Origin: an uncultured Verrucomicrobiae bacterium
Lineage (GTDB): Bacteria > Verrucomicrobiota > Verrucomicrobiia > Chthoniobacterales > JAFAMB01
Direction of reading: 5' to 3'
Length of the DNA: 64,000 nucleotides
Assembly (NCBI GenBank): GCA_963837955.1
Contig: CAWIPH010000002.1
Span: 3,712,001 to 3,776,000, forward strand
Shown in pieces: positions 10,158 to 17,530 of the stretch. Each line of letters begins with the position of its first letter. The first letter of the stretch is position 1. Under the pieces are notes generated by a model. The model saw only the letters and a list, made by a program, of their open reading frames with translations. It made no database searches and had not been told where the DNA came from. The position numbers were made by a program, and so were the translations under genes.

Positions 10158-10375
10158 AGAACTACCCGGACAAAGATATCTGCAAGAACTACGAAGGCAT
10201 GCATTCGAATCAAAGCACCCGAGACGCGGTCGAAGACGCCATCGATCTGTCAAAGGACCCGGACGCGTTATGGGATAGCAGCTTTGATAATGACATTGAA
10301 CCAGAGCCAGTAACGCCGGTCGGAAAACGGCCGACAACGGTTCCATCGCCATCGCGTGGCCTGGTGCCGATGTGA
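10154..10375 (+). CDS. Small hypothetical protein
   Basis: AAGGA RBS and ATGA overlap. Confidence 0.45.
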   Translation: MKNYPDKDICKNYEGMHSNQSTRDAVEDAIDLSKDPDALWDSSFDNDIEPEPVTPVGKRPTTVPSPSRGLVPM

Positions 10376-10496
10376 CAATCTAGAAACGGCACAGAAAGCC
10401 AAATTTACTGGCAATTCCAGGCGCCCTGAGTGCTCGTTTCCTTGTCCACCAATCGCCCCGAAACATAGAATCGGCTTCGCGTATGTCTCGAATCGT

Positions 10497-11015
10497 ATGG
10501 CATGGACCCCTGAACAACAGGCGGAGCTAGATTTCTATAGACTCCTCGAAAATGAGAGTGATCGGGGTTGTGCTCTGGTTGCGTCTGCTTATCTCGAGGA
10601 CCGATTGGAGGAGGTTCTATCGGGCCGCATGGTTCAGGACGATAACGTTGAAGACTTCTTCAGAGGCACGCAGCCGCTCGCAACCTTTTCAGCGCGGATT
10701 GCCCTAGCTTATTATCTCGGCATCATTTCACGCGAAGCAAGGCAGGATTTGGATACAATTCGACGCATTCGGAACGACTTCGCACATGACCTGCAATTTG
10801 AGACCTTCAATAACCAGAGCATTAGTAATCGCTGCAAGAACCTTCAAATTTGTGTCCGTTCCGAGCATACAACTACCCGTGATAAATTCATCGACGCGGC
10901 AACGTCCCTGAACTTGGTCCTTGACGGTCATCGAGCTAGAAGTCGTCGGCCAGAAGTAGATCCATTGGAATTAGCAGGTATTCACGATATCAGAAAAACT
11001 GACGCAGAAACTTAA
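10497..11015 (+). CDS. MltR/MtlR-like HEPN domain protein
   Basis: ESDRG, PLATFSARI, RRIRNDFAH. Confidence 0.85.
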   Translation: MAWTPEQQAELDFYRLLENESDRGCALVASAYLEDRLEEVLSGRMVQDDNVEDFFRGTQPLATFSARIALAYYLGIISREARQDLDTIRRIRNDFAHDLQFETFNNQSISNRCKNLQICVRSEHTTTRDKFIDAATSLNLVLDGHRARSRRPEVDPLELAGIHDIRKTDAET

Positions 11016-11127
11016 TCGCTGGATCGAGATCTACAAAGGAAAGCCGGAAATTCGGATAAATGCCGCGGAGCAGCTCGAGGTCGAATGATTGGGGTTCAAA
11101 CCGCGGGCCGGGAGTGACGAGGGAAAT

Positions 11128-11571
11128 CTAGTTCGGAGGGATAACATTCACATTAACGCTGGGCGTGGCAGGACCTAGGTGCATGTTAAAAAGGATTCGC
11201 GAGGGAATTTGGTCCCTGGAACCCATGGTTTCAGGATACCAAACGTCTGGGATGTTTCCTGAGAAGTGCTTGGCTTGCACGTAATCGCCTGCTTCGGTTG
11301 GCAATGCTCGAATCACGGTCTTCTGTGTGAAGTAGCCGCCGTTCTGGGGAATCTCCACTGTGATCGGTGCGTCGCCTACGTAATTGTCGTTAACTTCGAT
11401 CCGCGCGCCGGCCGGCTCAGAGACGATCTCGACTTTCGCTTTCGTGGGCTGATACGGCACCGGTGACACCGGCCGATAAGCACTTGGAGGCGGGGTGTGA
11501 GCCACGTACGTAGAAGAACAGCTCACACCGAACACGGCACATAGAAGCAACAGCTCAAGATACTTCTTCAT
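11128..11571 (-). CDS. PEGA domain lipoprotein
   Basis: Lipobox-like GVSC; IVSEPAGARIEVNDNYVGDAP. Confidence 0.85.
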   Translation of the reverse strand: MKKYLELLLLCAVFGVSCSSTYVAHTPPPSAYRPVSPVPYQPTKAKVEIVSEPAGARIEVNDNYVGDAPITVEIPQNGGYFTQKTVIRALPTEAGDYVQAKHFSGNIPDVWYPETMGSRDQIPSRILFNMHLGPATPSVNVNVIPPN

Positions 11572-12200
11572 AGCAATCGAGTGACCCCGAAGTGCAAACT
11601 CAAAAATAGCCAAGGAGCAGTACCTTTAGCAATCCAGTAAACAATAAGTTGGCGGTTGGAAGCGAGGTAGGTCAGGCGGCACACCTTCAATCGTTCGGCC
11701 AATTGCCGTAGCGATCCACCATAAATTCTTCTACCGTCGACGGCGCGTTCTCCGGATCTCTGGACTTCCAGGGTTCCAATAGCTTTTGGCAGAATGCCCT
11801 GTGTTCGTCCTTTGTCATGTAAACCGGCTTGGACGGTGACCGCCTTCTTTTCCCAGCTATGCCAACACCGTCGACAACTTCAAACTCTACGACAACGACG
11901 GGAGAAACGCTTCCTTGATAGCCCAAGCGAAGAGTAGTAACCTTGAGGTGTTAGGTAAGGGGGCTTGGCGAAAGAGCCAAGATTTCTATGGTAAATGAAA
12001 ATGACAGTCCTCTCGAAAGACTGCATAAAAATATCCAGAACGCGCCTCCGGAAGCGTACCTAGACACCAGTCTAGAAGACCAGCGGCAAGCTGAAAACCT
12101 TCGTTTCGCCCAAGCGTTGGCGCTTCGAGAAGAAGAGCGTAAAAGAGCCGAGCGGCTCAATCATTGACGGGTAATTCCTACCCGCGGAATTTTTGGCGCT

Positions 12201-12635
12201 TTAATCTGGCCAATTGCCATAGCAGTCGATCATGAACTCTTCTACCGTTGCCGGCGCGTTCTCCGAATCCCGAGCCTTCCAGGCGTCAAGCATCTTCTGG
12301 CAGAAGGCAACGTGCTCCGCTTTCGTGATCATCTGAGGTTTTCTTGGCTTCGGCCAGCTATCGGGCGTTTGGTTGATTAGCGCCTTGTGATGATCAACCG
12401 CGGCGTGCCAAAGCTGGTCCGCGTTATCCGCCATGAACCTCAACGCCGCGGCATTCGGCGCGCCTTCTGCATGCGCTTTCTTTGCATCCATATCAAGCAG
12501 CCAAGCTTTCTCGTGCCATTGATCGACCCTTTTGTAATCACGGGCGATAAGCTCATTGATCTCCGCTTTAGTGAGCCCAACCAATACGGAGGGCTCGTCA
12601 AAATCCTCGGCCTTAAACCGGGTTTCATCATTCAT
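12201..12635 (-). CDS. Hypothetical protein; its C-terminus is duplicated at 11687-11818
   Basis: AGGAGA RBS before ATG 12635. Confidence 0.7.
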   Translation of the reverse strand: MNDETRFKAEDFDEPSVLVGLTKAEINELIARDYKRVDQWHEKAWLLDMDAKKAHAEGAPNAAALRFMADNADQLWHAAVDHHKALINQTPDSWPKPRKPQMITKAEHVAFCQKMLDAWKARDSENAPATVEEFMIDCYGNWPD

Positions 12636-12804
12636 TCGTTTTCTCCTGATGGTCGAAGCGACCGCTGGTTTTACTCGGGGCATCTGGAAAGGAAGCTCGA
12701 GTCAGTTTGATTGCCGGGCTTGCGGCGATTGCCGCTTCATCCGACATCTCAAAGATACCACGGCCAGGCGGCATGAACAATGATTCACCCGAAACGTCGA
12801 GCAC

Positions 12805-13106
12805 TGGTCAAGGCGGGCATCCAACATTTGCCATACGCAAAAAGCGACAGCAACACTTTCAGAAGGGTATTGGAGAAGCTTGTCGATACGGGCGAGAACC
12901 GTAGCTCCCGAAAAACTAAAACTATGCTTCGGACAACAACCCTTGTTATAATGACCAATCCTTCTCGCGGGCTCGCGTTCTATTTTCGACCTAGAGACGG
13001 CGAGCACTATGACCGCGTTTTCAATCGGCGTCTCCTGACCTGGACTCATTACGAAACTCTCCAGATCGCTTAGCTCGTTATTTCCGGCTAACTCTTCGTA
13101 GCGGTT
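12805..13106. repeat. 302-bp direct repeat, copy 2
   Basis: Matches 139-440. Confidence 0.95.
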
Positions 13107-13201
13107 CGTTGGTCGGAATGAGCACGCGGGCGTTGCGCCAAACACGAGCGGTCCGAATACCCCATCATACACCCCGAGGCGAGATGTCAAAGCTCCGAAG
13201 G

Positions 13202-13738
13202 CTATTTGGTCTTAACCTTGGATGGCAAAGGAAATAGGGTCACGTACCCTTCGTCTTCCCCATTTTTAGGGACTATGACCTCTAAAGGGCTGTGTATGGA
13301 ATCCTCAGGAACCTCAAACACTGCGACCGTCTTTTTGATCACTCCGGGCTGCAGCTGGGTGAATATGAGATCGTTTTCCATGGCGATATTCGCTTTTACA
13401 TCCTGAGAAAAAAACCTTCCCTTGCTGTCCTGAAGAAGCAAGCCCTCCCTTGGTATCTCGCTGGGCAAATCGGAGTCATCGCGGACCTTATAGTAAACGA
13501 CGAAAAATCTTGCTCCCTCCGAAGCTTTGACCTCGTAAATGTCATTGCTTATCCGGTTGAAGACTTTAGCTCCTGTGATGGAATAGGAATCGTCTCCGAG
13601 TCTAAACCACTCATTTGTTTTGTGCTCATTTTGACGAAGCGGTTCATCGATCTTTCTAAAAGTTACCGGAACCGGATCTTCGGCTGAGGCCGCGCAAAGG
13701 AATGCAGATGCAAATAGCGAGATAAACGAGAGCCTCAC
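13202..13738 (-). CDS. DUF4352-like exported protein
   Basis: Signal peptide; LQDSKGRFF, LQPG...AVFEVP. Confidence 0.85.
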   Translation of the reverse strand: MRLSFISLFASAFLCAASAEDPVPVTFRKIDEPLRQNEHKTNEWFRLGDDSYSITGAKVFNRISNDIYEVKASEGARFFVVYYKVRDDSDLPSEIPREGLLLQDSKGRFFSQDVKANIAMENDLIFTQLQPGVIKKTVAVFEVPEDSIHSPLEVIVPKNGEDEGYVTLFPLPSKVKTK

Positions 13739-14060
13739 AATTATTTCATATCGTCATAAGCGTGAGGAGGTTGAGCTCTTTCTGGCTAACTGTCCCCTCC
13801 CGCGCCGTCCCCGTTGGCGATATGGCCAGCGAGCGTTTGGCCGCCCACCTCGAAGGTAACGGCGTGGGTCACATCCAGAGTCCCGAAAATCTTGACTAGG
13901 GCTGTGCAGCTCGATGGCCGTAGCGTTCAGATTACCTTGAGTAGTGACGTTGATGTCGGTGCCGTCTTCGTGGAGGTTGTAATGCTGATATTTCGCGCTC
14001 CCGGAAATCCCGCCTTTGCTGGCGATAAGAGGCCGAAGTATAGAGTAAGTTGCCATCGCG

Positions 14061-14447
14061 TCAGCCTCTAAAACCAGATAGGGCGCGGCCGTGTTCCCTG
14101 GCAGTGGCAAGCACGCCGTTCCACTCCTGCTGCGCCGCGATGACTTCATCGAGAATATCAACCAGCTGCCGGCCGTCCTGAATAGCGGCATTGATCAGGT
14201 GCTCGGTCCCGATCGATCGAAAATTGTTCAATTCTGAGACTCGCTCGTGTTCGGTTCGCTGCGGTCGATACGGCTTGACCGCCGCGGTGCCTGCGACGCT
14301 GTTGGTCGCGGGGCGACGTTTCTTTTTACGCCGACGATGCACGTAAAGGGAGAGGCGGCTTCCGCCGGACGTTCCCTCATCCGAGTTAGCAGCCATCCCT
14401 CGCTTGCTAAGCAATGGAAGGAAGTAGGGGTCAACGTTGAATATCAT
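14061..14447 (-). CDS. Hypothetical protein
   Basis: Co-oriented, starting 10 bp after the second TerS-like gene. Confidence 0.5.
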   Translation of the reverse strand: MIFNVDPYFLPLLSKRGMAANSDEGTSGGSRLSLYVHRRRKKKRRPATNSVAGTAAVKPYRPQRTEHERVSELNNFRSIGTEHLINAAIQDGRQLVDILDEVIAAQQEWNGVLATAREHGRALSGFRG

Positions 14448-14457
14448 ATTTTGTTTT

Positions 14458-15018
14458 CTAGGTTAGTTTTTTCTTAATGAAAGATCGCCGCGCTTTGACG
14501 CGGGGTAATTCATGCCCATTTCCGTTGTCAAAAAAGTAGTCGGCCCCGCGACGCATGTAATTCTCGATTTTAAAGGGCTCGAGCAGCTGGGCGGCATCTT
14601 CGAAAGCTCGCATTAACTTTTTCTCCAGTTCCGGCATGTCCATTCCCATGAGCCGTAGCGGCAAGGTACTGGGAAGAGATAACGCCCGACCTTTCATCAC
14701 GATCACTTGCTCCTCCCAATTTCGAAGAATATCCCGAAGGAACAGCGCCCGACCTCCGAGGGTATCCGCGAACAGCTCATGCCGAAGAGCGGCCGCGCTA
14801 TGGATTCGCGCTCGAGCCGCATCGAGTTCCCGCTTCAGTTTTCGTTCATCCCCTTGCTGCCCCAACCAGCTCAGGTAACTCCCGATTGATTCTTGGAGAT
14901 CAAAGGTGTTGTCCGGTGAGCTCTTAAGCGCACCTAACTTTACCAGCTTTTCAATCTGCTCTTTTTGTAAACTAAGCATGTTTCCCAGCCCTGCTGAGTT
15001 CACCTTGAAGTTCTTCAT
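14458..15018 (-). CDS. Nu1-like small terminase / Rpp-like protein 2
   Basis: wHTH-like N-terminus (FDLQESIGSYL), ARARIHSAAA coiled coil, ALSLP motif. Confidence 0.65.
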   Translation of the reverse strand: MKNFKVNSAGLGNMLSLQKEQIEKLVKLGALKSSPDNTFDLQESIGSYLSWLGQQGDERKLKRELDAARARIHSAAALRHELFADTLGGRALFLRDILRNWEEQVIVMKGRALSLPSTLPLRLMGMDMPELEKKLMRAFEDAAQLLEPFKIENYMRRGADYFFDNGNGHELPRVKARRSFIKKKLT

Positions 15019-15490
15019 AAGCCCTGCTCTGCGGAAACGTTTTGAACGTAAGGAGCCACGCTTCGACTCCCGCTTTAATCTGTTCGTGGATATCCCCAAG
15101 CTCTACCAGCCCAAGGCACTCTTTCGCTACAAGGCTGGCGTGCTTGCGGCCGATCTGGGTGAACCAGCATCGGAGAGCGTTCCAATAAGACTCCGCTGCG
15201 TACGACTCAACGACTTCGCGCCGCAAGGTCGCAGCTCGCAGCTCCGCATGGGTCGCCTCGGCTACCGCTCGCCTCAGTCTGGCCTTGAGCAGAGCAGGAT
15301 CTCGCCTGGCCAGGAGGTCGCGGCGATAGTCGAGGTAACGCCGCACATTTTCGCGAACGTTATACAGTGTCCGTCTCCCCTCCCTACGGCCGACAAACAC
15401 CCCTGATTTGCTAAGTCGATGCACGCTCTGGCGATCAATGCGCAGAAGCTCGGAAAGTCCACGCTGATTGATCTCATCCTTTCCGGTCAT
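14972..15490 (-). CDS. Nu1-like small terminase / Rpp-like protein 1
   Basis: INQRGLSELLRIDRQSVHRL HTH, YNVRENVRRY, ARLRRAVAEATHAEL...REVVE; TGATG coupling to the upstream ORF. Confidence 0.75.
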   Translation of the reverse strand: MTGKDEINQRGLSELLRIDRQSVHRLSKSGVFVGRREGRRTLYNVRENVRRYLDYRRDLLARRDPALLKARLRRAVAEATHAELRAATLRREVVESYAAESYWNALRCWFTQIGRKHASLVAKECLGLVELGDIHEQIKAGVEAWLLTFKTFPQSRAYEELQGELSRAGKHA

Positions 15491-15714
15491 CACATCCCCT
15501 TTTTGATAGCCTGCGCCAATATCGCCCTGGCTGTTTGCTGCGAATGCCGCTCGATCAGTTCGTCCAGTGTAAAGGGTTCCACGCCGGCAATGGCTGACAG
15601 GCGCCAAATTTCTTGCTCGAGGAGTCGGCGATGGGCTCGCTCGAGCTCAACTTTCAATCGAAGCAATCTGATCTGTGCTGCGACCAGGTCTCGGCTCGGA
15701 TTAGGCTTTTTCAT
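15490..15714 (-). CDS. Small coiled-coil protein
   Basis: Translationally coupled to the TerS-like gene. Confidence 0.6.
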   Translation of the reverse strand: MKKPNPSRDLVAAQIRLLRLKVELERAHRRLLEQEIWRLSAIAGVEPFTLDELIERHSQQTARAILAQAIKKGM

Positions 15715-15757
15715 GTATTGGTGACATCGGTCCAAAAAGTTCAGTTAAAGACATGAA

Positions 15758-15805
15758 GGGACGTCGCACCGCTACCGTGGTTGGGCCACCCATCCAGAGG
15801 GACCC
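15758..15805 (-). other. Lambda-type cos-like packaging site (cosQ + cosN)
   Basis: Minus strand GGGTCCC-23 nt ending ACG-GTAGCGGTGCGA-CGT; same spacing as recalled for lambda; lies upstream of the TerS-like genes. Confidence 0.65.
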
Positions 15806-16127
15806 CCAACCTTATCCCGCCTTTTCGAAAGGCATTCACTCAGAGTTTTCCCTCTTTGATTTTCCGCAGAAGACTCTCCCATTGTGAGTCGAGATCCTGC
15901 TCTTCGTCGTCGGCTACAGCGGGCTTCTTTTTGCGTTTGCCCGGCTCGTTTTCTGGATCATTTTCGCCGGTCTCACCCGCCTCCTCGCCACCGGAGAAAT
16001 ACTTCTCGCCTGGCCGTTTGATCGGCGCTCTTCTTCTTAGCCTTCGGGGCCAGCGGACTGTTGCGACCAAGGAGGGCCGCACCGTGGGCGGCGGCTATCA
16101 CCAAACACTTTTCCCAATCGATCGCGT

Positions 16128-16970
16128 TCAAAGTGCAAACCTCCCTGCCGGAGCGTGCCGCGGCGTGTCGCTTGGTTTTAATGCGGGGCTCTTCGTTTCC
16201 TGGAGAGCCTTGTGTTTGGCTAAAATCGCATTGCCCCTATTTCGCAGACTGGGTCCAGGTGCTAAGGATGTTGCTGGTTCAGCGTCAATCTGCGCGAGAG
16301 CTTGCATCAAGGCTTCACCGCACTGCTGGATTTTATCAATCAAGAGCGGCAACTTCTCTTCTGCGGCCTTAAGATCACTCTCGATCTGGTGTGGTGTTGG
16401 CTTGCTAAGATCCGCTGTGCACGGCTTGAAATCGAGCGCCTCAAACTGTTGAAGCTCGCGATTAACGGGCGTGGGTAGAACGTCTGGGTCGAGACTCTTC
16501 ACGCCGAGCCGACCAGGGCCGGATTGCATGAGATCTCTCGGTGGCATCGGGGCTGGCATTGTTACCCCCAACTCATCCAGTAGCTGTTGGCGCCTATGTT
16601 CTGCGGCTCGCACCAATCCGGCAGAGAGATGATTATATGACCGAAAAAATGGCTTTTGGGGCGCGCGCAAAGCCTCGAGATCGTCGTCCAGGACTATCTC
16701 CAAACGCTTGATTCGGTGTTCTTGAATTTCGATGCTATCGCTAAGTCTTCGTTTCCGCGAGGCGACCTCGGTGGCGTTGCCCGGCGCGTCGAGAAGGGCC
16801 GTTGCTTGATGCCGCGTTTCGTCGATTTCGGACCGAAGGCTTGCTATCGCGGCTAGCCTGGTCTGCTCCTTTTCGCTGAATTGCGCTAACGCCTTTGCCG
16901 CTTCAGCATGTTTGTTCTTTAGGTCAGTGATCAATTCGGCGATTTCGCTTGGGGGTGTCTTAGTTTTCAT
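16128..16970 (-). CDS. Coiled-coil protein of unknown function
   Basis: 280-aa ORF with TAATG coupling. Confidence 0.75.
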   Translation of the reverse strand: MKTKTPPSEIAELITDLKNKHAEAAKALAQFSEKEQTRLAAIASLRSEIDETRHQATALLDAPGNATEVASRKRRLSDSIEIQEHRIKRLEIVLDDDLEALRAPQKPFFRSYNHLSAGLVRAAEHRRQQLLDELGVTMPAPMPPRDLMQSGPGRLGVKSLDPDVLPTPVNRELQQFEALDFKPCTADLSKPTPHQIESDLKAAEEKLPLLIDKIQQCGEALMQALAQIDAEPATSLAPGPSLRNRGNAILAKHKALQETKSPALKPSDTPRHAPAGRFAL

Positions 16971-17344
16971 TAGTTGAAGAGATGTTGGTGGTTGGTCAGG
17001 CTTCGAATTAATTTGGGGATCATCTGCTGCAGATGGGTCACGAGCTCCTTGAGCGTCTCGCTGTTTGCCGGAATGCGGGAAAGGGGCTCGATTCCGACCG
17101 CGCTCACTGCTGAGCGGACTTCCAGCGGTTGGTACATCGACGTTCGTTGATCGAGGTTTGAGTGAATCGAACGAAATTTGCGCCAGGCGACGTCGAGAAC
17201 CTCTGCAAGCTTGGATTGAGTGAGATTAGACGGGCTTCGTTCAAATTCGTCACAGGCTCTTTGCAACTGCGCTCGTAAGCGCTCGAGCTCGCCGATGGTG
17301 GTTCGGACAATCTGCGGAAGGTTAGTTTCGGTGGTGGTAGTCAT
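16970..17344 (-). CDS. Hypothetical protein
   Basis: ATG-started, coupled to the downstream ORF. Confidence 0.7.
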   Translation of the reverse strand: MTTTTETNLPQIVRTTIGELERLRAQLQRACDEFERSPSNLTQSKLAEVLDVAWRKFRSIHSNLDQRTSMYQPLEVRSAVSAVGIEPLSRIPANSETLKELVTHLQQMIPKLIRSLTNHQHLFN

Positions 17345-17364
17345 GAGTTAGTCGTTTGTTGGCT

Positions 17365-17528
17365 TTGGGACGGTTGAAAACCGTATCCAAAACAATAATT
17401 TCTGTTAATTGGGACGGTTGGGACGGGTAATTTTCATCCTCGCGCGCACGATCCCGCGCATACGCACATGCGTGCGTGCGCCGGCACATGTAGACGGTCT
17501 CAAAAACAATCGTCCCAACCGTCCCAAC
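17365..17528. repeat. Putative replication origin with GGGACGG iterons in direct and inverted orientation
   Basis: TTGGGACGGTTGGGACG (17409-17425) is inverted at 17511-17527, with a further copy at 17365; directly after the primase stop. Confidence 0.7.
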
Positions 17529-17530
17529 GT

